DNA of 64,000 nucleotides from Promethearchaeota archaeon (GCA_048938105.1 JBHLMN010000014.1:32001-96000); one strand, 5' to 3'. Positions 48,611 to 59,806 are shown, numbered from the stretch's first letter. Translations and numbers: made by a program. The notes: generated by a model from the sequence alone, not told the origin.

Positions 48611-48703
48611 GACAACATGATGAAACTGACCTAAACTGAGACGGGTTCATGCTTGGACACCTATTGAATCCGTTAATGATGTCCATGTACCTCACTGATC
48701 GTT
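48611..48703 (+). ncRNA. Box C/D guide sRNA with a long D'-C' hairpin
   Basis: C ATGATGA 48617, 12-nt guide, D' CTGA 48636, ACGGGTTCA/TGAATCCGT stem, C' ATGATGT 48676, 12-nt guide, D CTGA 48695. Confidence 0.85.
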
Positions 48704-48774
48704 AATTTCCGATGATTAACTTTAATATCAATAATTCTGGATTTCCTTCAATCTCATCAAAGTACAATTCATAA

Positions 48775-49143
48775 ATGTGGGTTCTATTGCTTGAATTGAA
48801 GCAAGTAATAATTCTTCGAAAAGATTTACGGATGTCCAAAGGAAAAGCTGCAGCTCAAGCATCTCATGCTGCTGTTGCAGCGGCCATTAAATCAAAATAT
48901 GATAAACCAAACGAATTCAATTTATGGTGGAACACTGGACAGAAAAAGGTTGTATTAGGAGTAAATTCTGAGGCTGAATTAGTGGAACTTGAAAACAAAC
49001 TTAAGCCTACTGGAGTTGTTGTTGTAAGAATCGATGATGCAGGGAGAACTCAACTCCCTCCAGGCACAACAACAGCGTTAGGGGTAGGACCTCATGCCCA
49101 AAAAGCTGTTGAAGAAATCACCTCAACATTAAAGCTGTTTTAA
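48775..49143 (+). CDS. pth2: Peptidyl-tRNA hydrolase Pth2
   Basis: KQVIILRKDLRMSKGK.AAQASHA, GQKKVVL, DAGRTQ. Confidence 0.96.
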   Translation: MWVLLLELKQVIILRKDLRMSKGKAAAQASHAAVAAAIKSKYDKPNEFNLWWNTGQKKVVLGVNSEAELVELENKLKPTGVVVVRIDDAGRTQLPPGTTTALGVGPHAQKAVEEITSTLKLF

Positions 49144-49180
49144 AGCCTAATTGCCCTTTATAGAGTACAAGTGAGACTTA

Positions 49181-50281
49181 ATGCGTATTCTAAAGCTTGA
49201 TTTGAAGAATCAACGTGTTGTTTTACGACCTGAAAACCCTACAGATCTTTATGTCCTCTCAAATATTATTAGTATTGGAGACCATGTTATTTCTAAAACC
49301 ACTCGTAGAGTCAGACGGTCTGGTAGTGAAGGAAGATCGGGTGATGAAAGTCAAAGGATTAGCATGGTAATTGGGGTGGTAGTTGAGGACTTTGCCTTCC
49401 AGGACAGTTCTGTTAGCAATCGTTTACGGGTTAAAGGTACAATTTTCCAAGGCCCTGAGCAACATGTGTCTCTTGGCTCCTACCATACCCTTAACCTAGA
49501 GTTAACAAAAGCAATAACCATTATTAAGCCAGAATGGTCAAAATATTTTCTTGAATTATTGAAAAAAGCTGAAGAAGCAAGTAAAAAACCAAAAATTTGT
49601 CTAATTGCTATTGATAAGGCTGAAGTTTGTTTAGGTATTCTTGATAACTTCAATCTCAATGTAATTGCTCATGAGAAGTCACATATTTCTCGAAAGTTAA
49701 CAAAAGAAAAGGTTCGCTCAAAACAGACGCAATCTTTCTTTGATCGGATTGCAATGATTATTAACAGACAAGTATTGCCTGAAACAAATAATATCGTATT
49801 AGGGGGACCAGGTTTCATTAAAGAACAGTTAGCTTCCTTTTTAAAAAGAAAGTTTGTGAAACAAAACCTCAATGTTATCGTCTCCGGTTCATTAAGCGGT
49901 GGGAATCGTGTTGGGTTATCTGAGCTCCTAAAAATGGATGCGGTGGATAAACTCGCAGCAGATTTCCAAATATTCGAAGAAAATAGTTTAATTGATGAGT
50001 TTTTTAAAAGAATAAACCAAGGAGCTGCAGATGTAACATATGGATTTGCAGAGATAAAAAAAATCGCTAGTACAGGAGCTATAGAGACATTAATTTTATT
50101 GGATTCTCTGTTACGAGGAGTGGATGGATCAAATCAAGATGAAGTACAACACTTACTTCGTGAGATAGAAAAAACCCGTGGAAAAATATTTATCGTCTCA
50201 TCCCAAAGTGAAAACGCAAACCGAATGAAAACTTTTGGGGGTATTATTGCTCTTTTAAGGTATGCTCTTCATTGGGATTAA
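49181..50281 (+). CDS. pelA: mRNA surveillance protein Pelota/Dom34
   Basis: DLYVL, RLRVKG, GSYHTL, GPGFIK, FGGIIALLRY. Confidence 0.95.
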   Translation: MRILKLDLKNQRVVLRPENPTDLYVLSNIISIGDHVISKTTRRVRRSGSEGRSGDESQRISMVIGVVVEDFAFQDSSVSNRLRVKGTIFQGPEQHVSLGSYHTLNLELTKAITIIKPEWSKYFLELLKKAEEASKKPKICLIAIDKAEVCLGILDNFNLNVIAHEKSHISRKLTKEKVRSKQTQSFFDRIAMIINRQVLPETNNIVLGGPGFIKEQLASFLKRKFVKQNLNVIVSGSLSGGNRVGLSELLKMDAVDKLAADFQIFEENSLIDEFFKRINQGAADVTYGFAEIKKIASTGAIETLILLDSLLRGVDGSNQDEVQHLLREIEKTRGKIFIVSSQSENANRMKTFGGIIALLRYALHWD

Positions 50282-50444
50282 GATTATTCATTCCATTTTT
50301 TTTCAGTCTTTTCATATTTAAAATAGGGATTCTAACAAGAAATAAAGATTCCTTCATTTGTCAGAGTCTACAGTTCAATGAAGTCCGATTTTGAATGACA
50401 AAGTAAATTTTTTGCTATATTCCCTAGAGAAGAGAATATAGAAC

Positions 50445-51500
50445 CTAAAGTTGCCAATAATCACCTAATAAACCCTTGGATCGATTAACTGTAGCAATAG
50501 TCTGATCGCTAGGCTCTAATAAATGAGAAGTTTCTACTCGATCCTGAATAAAAGGGGTAATGTATGATGAAACCAAAGTTGGCAGAGATTGGATATTGTA
50601 CCCTCCTTCTAGGAAATGCGCAAATGGGATTTCTAATTCGGAGGCGATTCGGTTGATGTACTTTCCTATAACAGAAAAACCATCAACTGTAACTCCTAAG
50701 ATTCCAATAGGATCTCTTTCATAAGCATCGAAACCTGCTGAAATAGCTAAGAATTGTGGTTTAAATTGAAAAATAATAGGTTGGATGAGCTCTTCAAAAA
50801 CAAATTGAAGATCAGCTTCAGAGGCACGATAGCCAAGAGGTACAGGAACATTATAACCTCGTCCATCTCCTTTTCCAATTTCTTCTACAAATCCACAACC
50901 AGGATAAGAGATTCTGGGGTCAGCATGAGTGCTAAAATACAAAATATTTGGATTCTTCTCATGAATATAAGCGGTTCCATTGCCAAAATGCTGATCAAAA
51001 TCGATAATCGCTATACGTTGAAACTTTTTTTGTACTATTGCTAATTCTGTTGCAATCGCAATATTATTAAAGATACAAAATCCCCCAGGTGATGTTCGAG
51101 TTGCATGATGGCCTGGAGGTCGCACTAAAGCAAAGATTGAGGTGTTACGGTCACTCTCCCATATAGCTTTTTTGCCAACAGCCACAGCTTGACGTGACGC
51201 TTCAAAAGTATAATTATTTGCAGCTGTATCTCCATCAAAATAAAAATGACCAGTTTGACCTTGACTTCTTTCAATAAGACTATAATGGTCTAATGAATGA
51301 GTCACGAGAATTTCATCTTTGGATGCAGGTTGATCCAGTATATCATAACTTATTTGATCATTTTTCTGGGAATGAAGCCATTCTTCAATGATCTCTATCC
51401 TTTGTGCTGATTCAGGATGAAACATTCCGCAAGAGTGTTTTTTCGATAATAAATTTGAAATAAAATTAATTTTTGCCACTTTATTTCTACCTGACTTCAT
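50445..51500 (-). CDS. Zn-dependent histone deacetylase family protein
   Basis: HPES..R, RPPGHHA, GFCIFNN, DFDQHFGNGT, SAGFD, LEGGY. Confidence 0.95.
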   Translation of the reverse strand: MKSGRNKVAKINFISNLLSKKHSCGMFHPESAQRIEIIEEWLHSQKNDQISYDILDQPASKDEILVTHSLDHYSLIERSQGQTGHFYFDGDTAANNYTFEASRQAVAVGKKAIWESDRNTSIFALVRPPGHHATRTSPGGFCIFNNIAIATELAIVQKKFQRIAIIDFDQHFGNGTAYIHEKNPNILYFSTHADPRISYPGCGFVEEIGKGDGRGYNVPVPLGYRASEADLQFVFEELIQPIIFQFKPQFLAISAGFDAYERDPIGILGVTVDGFSVIGKYINRIASELEIPFAHFLEGGYNIQSLPTLVSSYITPFIQDRVETSHLLEPSDQTIATVNRSKGLLGDYWQL

Positions 51501-51771
51501 ATAACCTATACTATGTCAAATTTCAAATCTGTGATTGAGTTATTAAAAGGAGATCTTTTTTATTAATATAAGAATAGTTATTAATTACTCTGGAATAAAT
51601 GAATCCTCAGATAAAAATTATAACTTATTGTGAGTTTATCGCAAAAATCTAGATAATTATAGCCAATTCCATAGATAATAGAATAGATATGTTACTTCAG
51701 AAACAGTAAGCTTCTAGAGTGACCGTGATAGATCTTCTTAAACCAAATTCGGATTATTCTAAAATCTATTC

Positions 51772-52287
51772 TTGAATAAAGGTCTTAATGAGGAAAATCC
51801 TGTGTCATCAAAGAGAATCATTGTCCAAAAAATATCTTGTATTAGAAGCACAGGTAAAGCTAATGAAACTCCCGGCTTTCAAGTATCTGGTCTTAAAGAC
51901 TTGGATCGAGATGAAACAACAGCGAAAATTGGATTTATCATTTCAGGGGTAAAAATTGTAGCTTTTCAGCAAACAATTGGCATGGGAATTCGTACAAGAA
52001 TAAAATGGATACCATCTGGGTTTGAGATCCGAGAAGAGATCCATCCTCTCGATGGGGTAGTAGTTGACTTGCAGCGGCGGAATAATGTAATCTTTGTAGA
52101 CGGAGATGACAATTCTGCCGTAGTTATGCAGGGAGAACCAACAATCCAAAATAAAGGGTTTACTGGTCAAATACTTCAAGTAAATTGGTTAGATAAAGAA
52201 ATTTTCATTACTCCTCTGCATAAACAATCAAGTTTTCATTGTGTTTTGAACCCTAGAAATAATCGAATAGACTGTTTAGTTAGGTGA
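51772..52287 (+). CDS. Hypothetical beta-rich protein
   Basis: ORF only; start uncertain. Confidence 0.55.
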   Translation: MNKGLNEENPVSSKRIIVQKISCIRSTGKANETPGFQVSGLKDLDRDETTAKIGFIISGVKIVAFQQTIGMGIRTRIKWIPSGFEIREEIHPLDGVVVDLQRRNNVIFVDGDDNSAVVMQGEPTIQNKGFTGQILQVNWLDKEIFITPLHKQSSFHCVLNPRNNRIDCLVR

Positions 52288-52383
52288 ATTCTGAAAGCGT
52301 TAAAGTTTCCTTCTTCGAGAATTAGAATTGCTTTGAAACAAAGAAACTACTAAATTTTATATCATTTAATTAAAAAAAGGGAG

Positions 52384-52752
52384 TTAAACGACAATAGAAT
52401 CGATAACGGTCTCTGTTCCAGAAATAATATTTGTAGAATAACTTTTGCATTTAGGACATTGAAAAATTGGAGCTAGTTCGTTATGCTCTTGAGGAAAGTT
52501 TTTTATCATCCCTTTAAAATCACAATTTTCACACTGAAGTTCTCCAGGGATCCAAATAATCTCTAGTTCGGAATTAGCGGTTAAATCTGACTCAGTTTTA
52601 ATTAAATCAAAACAAAAACGGAATTGATCTTCTTGAACTAGCGCAAATATTCCAAATTTCAGAACTATTTTTTGAATTCTTTTCACATTATGTTCTCGGG
52701 CTACAGTCAACGTATTTTCAATCACTGATTGCACTAACGAGAATTCGTGCAT
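52384..52752 (-). CDS. hypA: Hydrogenase nickel metallochaperone HypA
   Basis: MHEFSL, CxxC...CPxC. Confidence 0.95.
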   Translation of the reverse strand: MHEFSLVQSVIENTLTVAREHNVKRIQKIVLKFGIFALVQEDQFRFCFDLIKTESDLTANSELEIIWIPGELQCENCDFKGMIKNFPQEHNELAPIFQCPKCKSYSTNIISGTETVIDSIVV

Positions 52753-52822
52753 TTTAATTCTGAATTAGTCTCTCAGAAGAGATTAAAAAAATCTTTACTG
52801 TGATGTTTGTGAGGATTAAAAT

Positions 52823-53479
52823 TTGCCTGATGTTCGAATAATAAGTATAGATCAAAAGATTCAAGAAGCAAATGACCTTATTGCCAATAGAATTCGAAAA
52901 AAAAGAAAAAAATTCAACATTCCAATGATTGACATCATGGGGAGTGTGGGTTCAGGGAAAACTTCCATTCTCGAGTTTTTTGCTAAAAAATACCGTTCTA
53001 CTCACAATTTATTAGTCATCAATGGAGATTTAGCAACAGATATTGATGCTCAACGAATTGGACGATTTGGAAGTACATGTCTTCAGATTAATACTGGCAG
53101 AGGGTGTCATTTAATGGCTTTTCAGATTGAAAAAGCATTTGAAGAAATTGAGTTCAAAAATTATGATTTTATATTTGTAGAAAATGTAGGAAATTTAATC
53201 TGTCCATCTTCAACAGATGTGGGAGCAGATATGAAAATCACGATCACCAGTGTTACAGAAGGCCCTTATGTTTTTCAAAAACATCCTGTTACCTTTAAGA
53301 TAAGTAAATTAGCAATATTAAATAAAATTGATCTTGCTCCTGCAATGGAAATTGATGTAAAAGCAGTTATTTCTAAAGCTAATGATATATATCCATTGCT
53401 TGAAGTAATTCCAACAAGTGCCAAAACAGGAGTAGGAATGGATTTATTAGCAACCAAAATCGGGTTAGAATCAATATAA
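52823..53479 (+). CDS. hypB: Hydrogenase nickel incorporation GTPase HypB
   Basis: GSGKT, NTGRGCHL, ENVGNLICP, NKIDL, SAKTG. Confidence 0.95.
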   Translation: MPDVRIISIDQKIQEANDLIANRIRKKRKKFNIPMIDIMGSVGSGKTSILEFFAKKYRSTHNLLVINGDLATDIDAQRIGRFGSTCLQINTGRGCHLMAFQIEKAFEEIEFKNYDFIFVENVGNLICPSSTDVGADMKITITSVTEGPYVFQKHPVTFKISKLAILNKIDLAPAMEIDVKAVISKANDIYPLLEVIPTSAKTGVGMDLLATKIGLESI

Positions 53480-53535
53480 GAAAATACTTGATTTTAATTT
53501 AAAAAGAAAGAAGGAAGGAAGAAACCTTAAAGATA

Positions 53536-54840
53536 TTAAAATAATCCTAAGAATTTCTTTCTATTCTTTTTAGGTTCAATGGAATTAGTTTCATCTTCAA
53601 TTGTAAACCGTGCCGAGGGAAACCCCTTCTTACCTTCCATTTTTTGAGCAGATATAACAGAGAAAGGAGAATCGAGATCCGATAATAATGACTCTAAATC
53701 ACTTTTTGAATAATATAAACCATCACTTTCCGTTAAGGGGGAGTGGACATCGCTTAAAACCACAATAATGCGTATTTTATTTCCCAAGTCAGGATCTATT
53801 GTTGCACCCCAGATTATCTCCGCAGAGGTGTCGATTTCTGTTGCGATTTTCATTACCGCTTCTTCAGCATCCTTCAAAGCTAAACCTTCACCTCCTGAAA
53901 CACAAATTAATCCTTTTTTCGCACTACTAATATCTAAATCATCTAATAACGGATTCTTAAGTGATTCAAAAACAGCTTCATCAACTTTCATATGTTGATG
54001 GTCTGATTCTCCAAGACCAATCATAGCCATTCCTCCCTCTGTTAAAATTTTACGCACATCAGCAAAATCAAGGTTAATTAATTGAGGTTTTGTGATAAGC
54101 TCTGTAATTGCCATAACTGCTCGGAGGAGAACTTCATCAGCAATCCGAAACGCTGCCATCATAGTAATATCATCGGAAATTTGAAGGAGCTTCTCATTAG
54201 GTACAACTATGACAGTATCTGAAGCATCATATAGCTTTTTTAATCCAATTCGTGCATTTTCATATCGTTTCACTCCTTCCATTTGAAAAGGGAGGGTACA
54301 AATCGATACAGTGAGGGCTCCTTTTTCTTTTGCCTGTTTTGCGATAACATGTGCAGCCCCAGTTCCTGTACCACCACCAAGTCCACAGGTGACAAAAACC
54401 ATATTTGCCTGGTCTATCATAGTTTTAATGTCGTCCAGTGATTCTCGAGCAGCAGTCTCACCAATTTCGGGATTATTTCCAGCACCAAATCCACGAGATG
54501 TATCTTTACCTATTAATAATTTTTTATGAGCACGAGTCGATAATAAATGTTGAGCATCTGTGTTTACAGCTATACATTCGGCATCTACACCAGCACTCAT
54601 TAAACGATAAACAGCATTATTACCTGCTCCCCCTACTCCAATAACTTGAACCCGAGGTAATCGTTCTGTCAGTATATCAGCTATTTCACTTTCTACTTTT
54701 TGAGGGGTTGAGTAGAGAGAAACAGGTTCGTTTTTAGGCGCGCCTAGATTTTTGAACGATCCTGATCCGTTCAAAGCATCTTTTAAAATCGATTCCATAA
54801 GATGGGCCTTCCTTCTTAATCTCAATAATTTATCCGACAA
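53536..54840 (-). CDS. ftsZ: Cell division protein FtsZ
   Basis: [30 protein letters not shown]. Confidence 0.96.
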   Translation of the reverse strand: MSDKLLRLRRKAHLMESILKDALNGSGSFKNLGAPKNEPVSLYSTPQKVESEIADILTERLPRVQVIGVGGAGNNAVYRLMSAGVDAECIAVNTDAQHLLSTRAHKKLLIGKDTSRGFGAGNNPEIGETAARESLDDIKTMIDQANMVFVTCGLGGGTGTGAAHVIAKQAKEKGALTVSICTLPFQMEGVKRYENARIGLKKLYDASDTVIVVPNEKLLQISDDITMMAAFRIADEVLLRAVMAITELITKPQLINLDFADVRKILTEGGMAMIGLGESDHQHMKVDEAVFESLKNPLLDDLDISSAKKGLICVSGGEGLALKDAEEAVMKIATEIDTSAEIIWGATIDPDLGNKIRIIVVLSDVHSPLTESDGLYYSKSDLESLLSDLDSPFSVISAQKMEGKKGFPSARFTIEDETNSIEPKKNRKKFLGLF

Positions 54841-55067
54841 AAAAGATAAAGGAAATTATATCATTCTCATGTTATGGTAGATAACAAAGAGAACATCCAT
54901 TTTTCAGCTAGATACCTGAATTTTCAGTGAGATTAGTAAAAGTAAATTCATTGAAACACTCCTAATCCGCGATTTAGTTGCTTCTTGAAGCTTTGGAATC
55001 ATATAAATACTTGAGACGACAATTACTTTTCCCTCCATACTCATCAGCTAGAAAAGAAAGAGTAAGA

Positions 55068-55141
55068 TGGGTTCGGAGGGATTTGAACCCCCGATCTTGC
55101 GCGCCCCAGGCGCAGATCCTACCAAACTAGACCACGAACCC
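55068..55141 (-). tRNA. tRNA-Pro(GGG), intronless
   Basis: GGGTTCG/CGAACCC-A acceptor; TGCGC-CTGGGGC-GCGCA. Confidence 0.95.
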
Positions 55142-55404
55142 TTCTTAGTGGTTAATTAAATTTCATGTATGATTAAACTTCAAATGTGATAATAAATGGG
55201 ACACTTTTAAGCAAATTTTGCGAAATTAGATTTTTATGTTCGTGTGTAATTTTATATGGGGCAGAAAATTGAAGGAAGTCTAGAAATAAAAAGTTAATCC
55301 CGCAATAAAGAGTTTATTTTGATTGAGTAGGAATTTGAAAAAGGATTTGAAGTGAATAATAGAGCTAAGAATCAAACATTATTAATCGGAGACGATCAAA
55401 ACCA

Positions 55405-56553
55405 TTGGAAAGTGAGTCTAAAATAAAATTGAAACAACGGAAAAATAGCGAACAAAGTTTTTTTTTCCTCCTCTCTGGAGAAAATCCAGAATTAGCAACT
55501 TATGAATTTGAAAGTATTGTTTCAAGCTTGGATATCCCAGTAAAATCAGATATCAGTCCTGATAAAAGAATCATCACATTTCAACTTGAATCAAACAAAC
55601 GAAAGATCTCCTCTTCTGAGGTTATTTCACTTCTTATGAAACGAGTCACTTTGACTCACTTTGGCTGCAAACAACTCTTTCAGGTAGACTTCAAACAGCT
55701 TCCTCCCCAATCATTACAGGAAATGGTTTTAAACTTTGATTCATCTACAGTTCAAAATTTAACACCAAATACTTCCTTTTCTGTATTCACAAAAAGAATC
55801 GGGGAACCAATTGAGGTACACAAACCCCGAACGCTAACCCAAGAACTTTCTAGTTACTTAGGTACTCTAATTATCCAAGAAAATCCTACTAAGCGAGTGA
55901 ATTTAGATAATCCCCAAGAACAATTCATTACGATCATAAGTAAACACGGTATATGGTTTGGCCAACTTATTGCTTATTCTCTTCGGAAAAATGTTCAAAA
56001 AAGAGCTGCTCATAAACGTCCATTTTTTCACCCAAGCTCAATGAATCCTCTGTTACAACGCACAATGGTGAATCTAGCAGCATTAAAAACTGGTGAATGG
56101 TTATTAGACCCGTTTTGCGGGGCAGGGGGAGCCCTAGTAGAGGCTGCTAGATTGGGAATTCAAAGTGTTGGAGTTGAAATCGATCGTAAAATTATCTGGG
56201 GGGCTTATCAGAACATAAAAGCTGATAGAATTGCGAATGATTCAACTCACCTCATTTTTGGAGATGCTACCCAACTTTCATTCAAGAAAGGATCTATTTC
56301 AGCCATAGTTACAGATCCCCCCTATGGTACGGCATCCTCCACTCATGGTTTTGATCTTCAAGACCTATTACTTAATTTTTTTCGTGAACTTCGTCCAATA
56401 TTGAGTCCTAAAGCTCGAGTTGTCATTGCTATTCCATCTAAAATAGAAATTGAAGAACAGATTGCTCAAATCTTGAACTCATCTTACAGAAAATTTCTTC
56501 AGTATGTTCATAGGTCTCTTACACGAAAGATCTTAGTCTTTTTTAATTCCTAA
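55405..56553 (+). CDS. trm11: tRNA m2G10 methyltransferase Trm11 (THUMP + MTase)
   Basis: LSGENPELA, VNLDNP, RPFFHPSSM, LDPFCG.G, TDPPYG. Confidence 0.9.
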   Translation: MESESKIKLKQRKNSEQSFFFLLSGENPELATYEFESIVSSLDIPVKSDISPDKRIITFQLESNKRKISSSEVISLLMKRVTLTHFGCKQLFQVDFKQLPPQSLQEMVLNFDSSTVQNLTPNTSFSVFTKRIGEPIEVHKPRTLTQELSSYLGTLIIQENPTKRVNLDNPQEQFITIISKHGIWFGQLIAYSLRKNVQKRAAHKRPFFHPSSMNPLLQRTMVNLAALKTGEWLLDPFCGAGGALVEAARLGIQSVGVEIDRKIIWGAYQNIKADRIANDSTHLIFGDATQLSFKKGSISAIVTDPPYGTASSTHGFDLQDLLLNFFRELRPILSPKARVVIAIPSKIEIEEQIAQILNSSYRKFLQYVHRSLTRKILVFFNS

Positions 56554-56910
56554 CAACCAAACAAGATTTATTAATCCCTTTGTTCAGAAAACAGGAGAAT
56601 GGAATAATTCTGTTCTTCTCCCACCAAAATGAAGGAGACTTCTAGTAAGAAAAGCTCAAATAATAAAGCGAAAAATAAGAATTAAATCCTAACTAAAAAG
56701 ATACCTATCACTAGCCAAAGTTAAATAAGAGAGTTTATTCATAAAACCTAGTCATTTAAAAGTCAGTAATAAGCTAGGTTATTTGGAACTAAACAAAAGA
56801 ATATAGAAAAACAATAACTTTTTTCTAATTTAAACGTATTAAATGCTCGTACAGTAGGCTCACTATGAACTGGTCTTTAGTCCATCTTTCAAAAATGTTG
56901 GAATGATCAA

Positions 56911-58827
56911 ATGGAAAACATAAAGGCAGAATTGATTGAAGTGGATATGGATTTCGAAACAACCCAAGAAATCCCCATTCCTTCAAGATTGGTTGACCAG
57001 GTCATTGGCCAAGATCAACCAGTAGAAATTATCAAGAAAGCTGCTATCCAGCGACGAAACGTACTCTTAATAGGGGATCCAGGCACAGGAAAATCGATGT
57101 TGGGGCAAGCATTAGCTGAATTATTACCGAGAGAGGAATTAGAAGATATTTTATGCCTTCCCAACCAAAATGATTCCCATACTCCTCGTATAATGACTGT
57201 CCCTGCCGCTGAAGGGCGAAAAATTGTTGATCATTATAAACAATTAGCCCGGAAGGCTGATCAACAACGGAGTATGTTACTATTAGGAATTCCAGCAATA
57301 ATCATAATTATAGCAATATTCATGAGTGGGGGTGATGTCAACGCGATACTTATGGGTATTTTCGTTGCTTTAGTAGCATTTTTTGTTATTGGTCAATTTA
57401 GAAGTCGTCGTGAGAATTTGGTTCCCAAGTTATTGGTTGACAACTCGGAAAGTACAAGTGCACCATTTAGTGATGCAACTGGTGCTCATGCAGGAGCCCT
57501 TTTAGGAGACGTTCGTCACGACCCATTCCAATCAGGTGGTTTAGGAACTCCTGCACACGATCGAGTTGAGGCTGGTTTGATTCACAAATCACATAAGGGA
57601 GTTCTTTACATAGATGAAGTAGCTACACTTAATCAAAAGACTCAACAACAGCTTTTAACTGCAATGCAAGACAAACAGCTGGCAATCACAGGACAATCAG
57701 AACTCTCAAGCGGAGCTATGGTACGAACTGAATCAGTCCCTTGTGATTTTGTATTAGTAGCATCGGGAAATATAGATACTGTAAAACGGATGCATCCTGC
57801 TTTAAGGTCCCGTATTCGTGGATATGGTTATGAAATTGCTGTCAATCATTCCATGCCTGATACAATGGAGAATCGTCGAAAATTAGTACGATTTACAGCT
57901 CAAGAAGTGACTAAAGACGGGAAAATTCCTCATTTTTCCCGAAGCGCGGTGTTGGCTGTTATTTTAGAGGCTAAGAAGCGAGCTGATCGGAAAAACAGAT
58001 TATCGCTAAGATTAAGAGATTTAGGTGGATTGATAAGAGCTGCTGGTGATATTGCCCGCGAAGAGGGAGTTGCATTTACAGAGGTTCGTCATGTTTTAAG
58101 CGCTAGAGATCTCGCCCGCTCTCTGGAAAATCAAATAGCTGATAGGCAAATAGAGCATAAAAAAGAATATCAAGTTATTCAAACCACTGGCGGTAGAGTT
58201 GGGCGTGTTAATGGTTTAGCAGTTATTGCTGACCAAACAGGAGGCGCTCGTGGGGGTCATATAACGCCGATAGAAGCACAGGTGGTTCCTGCTCAAGGTG
58301 CGGGTGGAAAAACAATAGCTACAGGGAGTCTTCGCGTAATAGCTAGAGAATCAGTTCAAAATGTATCTGCTCTCATCAAAAAATACACTGGAAAAGATAT
58401 TTCAAAGATGGATGTCCATATCCAATTCCTGGGAGTTCATGGTATTGATGGAGATAGTGCAAGCGTTACTATTGCAACAGCTATTATGAGTGATTTATTA
58501 AATCTTCCAGTTCGCCAGGATTTAGCGATGACAGGTTCTCTCTCAGTACGCGGTGAGGTTCTTCCTGTGGGAGGAACATCTGCAAAAATTGAAGGAGCCG
58601 CTTCAGTTGGGATCAATCAGATAATTATTCCTGCTAAGAACTTTGAAGATGTTGTTCTTGACGAAAAAATCCGTAAATCTGTCCAAGTAACTCCAGTTGA
58701 AAATATCGATGAGGTTTTATCCATTGCACTAATTGGATGGGACAAAAAGAAACATGTCTCAACAATAATTACATCTCAACCTGAAAGGGTTTCTCCAACT
58801 ACAAAAACCGTCGGATACCCAACTTAA
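56911..58827 (+). CDS. lonB: Membrane-anchored ATP-dependent protease LonB
   Basis: GDPGTGKS, two TM segments inserted, HDPFQSGG, DGDSAS, GG..AK. Confidence 0.97.
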   Translation: MENIKAELIEVDMDFETTQEIPIPSRLVDQVIGQDQPVEIIKKAAIQRRNVLLIGDPGTGKSMLGQALAELLPREELEDILCLPNQNDSHTPRIMTVPAAEGRKIVDHYKQLARKADQQRSMLLLGIPAIIIIIAIFMSGGDVNAILMGIFVALVAFFVIGQFRSRRENLVPKLLVDNSESTSAPFSDATGAHAGALLGDVRHDPFQSGGLGTPAHDRVEAGLIHKSHKGVLYIDEVATLNQKTQQQLLTAMQDKQLAITGQSELSSGAMVRTESVPCDFVLVASGNIDTVKRMHPALRSRIRGYGYEIAVNHSMPDTMENRRKLVRFTAQEVTKDGKIPHFSRSAVLAVILEAKKRADRKNRLSLRLRDLGGLIRAAGDIAREEGVAFTEVRHVLSARDLARSLENQIADRQIEHKKEYQVIQTTGGRVGRVNGLAVIADQTGGARGGHITPIEAQVVPAQGAGGKTIATGSLRVIARESVQNVSALIKKYTGKDISKMDVHIQFLGVHGIDGDSASVTIATAIMSDLLNLPVRQDLAMTGSLSVRGEVLPVGGTSAKIEGAASVGINQIIIPAKNFEDVVLDEKIRKSVQVTPVENIDEVLSIALIGWDKKKHVSTIITSQPERVSPTTKTVGYPT

Positions 58828-59088
58828 TTTCCCTTTTTTATTGTTAGGTAATTATTTTTACATTGGTTCTATGGAGGGAAGCTATATGTCTCCCGTTGTC
58901 TCAAAGCTTACAGTTAATAACCCCTGAATGAAATCAGTGACTTCTTAGTAAGTCATTCTATGAACATTGTCATTTAAATTAATAAATATATTTTATAATA
59001 CTGATCATATTCTCTGGCTATCACTTTTTAAACTTCTAAAGAGAAAAATACACATAAGTATGTAGAAAACACAACCCCAAGAAGTCAT

Positions 59089-59166
59089 GGATCCGTGGCT
59101 TAGCCAGGATAGAGCGGCGGCCTTCTAAGTCGCAGGTCGGGGGTTCAAATCCCCTCGGATCCGCCA
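59089..59166 (+). tRNA. tRNA-Arg(UCU), intronless, CCA encoded
   Basis: GGATCCG/CGGATCC-G-CCA; GCGGC-CTTCTAA-GTCGC. Confidence 0.96.
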
Positions 59167-59185
59167 TATCTGCTTTATTGGAAAT

Positions 59186-59289
59186 GGACTCGTGGCTTAG
59201 CTTGGATAGAGCATCTGCCTCCTATTTCTAAATCTATATAAGTTGAAAGAGATAGCAGAGGGTCGGGGGTTCAAATCCCCCCGAGTCCG
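59186..59289 (+). tRNA. tRNA-Arg(CCU) with canonical 37/38 intron (59225-59253)
   Basis: TCTGC-CTCCTA[29 nt]A-GCAGA; relaxed BHB CTCC/AGAG. Confidence 0.92.
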
Positions 59290-59305
59290 TTTGGAATCGT
59301 TTCAT

Positions 59306-59408
59306 GGGCCCTTGGCTTAGCTTGGATAGAGCGCTTGCCTCCGGAGTAAAAGATTGGTTTCCCAAATATTCTCTACAGAGGTCGTGAGTTCGAATCTCAC
59401 AGGGCCCG
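59306..59408 (+). tRNA. tRNA-Arg(CCG) with non-canonical intron at 41/42 (59349-59376)
   Basis: CTTGC-CTCCGGA-GTA[28 nt]AG; BHB central helix GGAG/CTCT with two 3-nt bulges. Confidence 0.9.
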
Positions 59409-59575
59409 TAAATTCGTTAAAAGGGGAAAAATAGCCTTTCTGAAAACAAGTTTTTTTTCCATGTTTCTCTTTCTAGCAAAAGTAGAGAGCGTAGATATGA
59501 AACCATAAATAAAAAGCTAGGATTGTGAACCATAGTATGGACTAAAGCAAATTCAGTTCGCGTATATAGCATATC

Positions 59576-59806
59576 TTATTTCTTAGAACCTAAATACCAA
59601 TCGAGGTATTCTCTATTCCTTTTACGTTTCTTATCTGTGTTTTCACTTTGTTCTACTTGAGCTTCCCATAAAGCTTCTTTTTGTTTGTCAATCATACGTT
59701 CATATTCTTGGCGTCGGAGAGCCAGTCCACAGACACTGCAAACATAGAATGGGGGGTTCCACTTCGATATGCCACCACATTCAGGACATGTTGCCAGTGT
59801 ATTCAC
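59576..59806 (-). CDS. Small Zn-ribbon protein
   Basis: CPECG...CSVCG followed by a charged helix. Confidence 0.75.
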   Translation of the reverse strand: MNTLATCPECGGISKWNPPFYVCSVCGLALRRQEYERMIDKQKEALWEAQVEQSENTDKKRKRNREYLDWYLGSKK

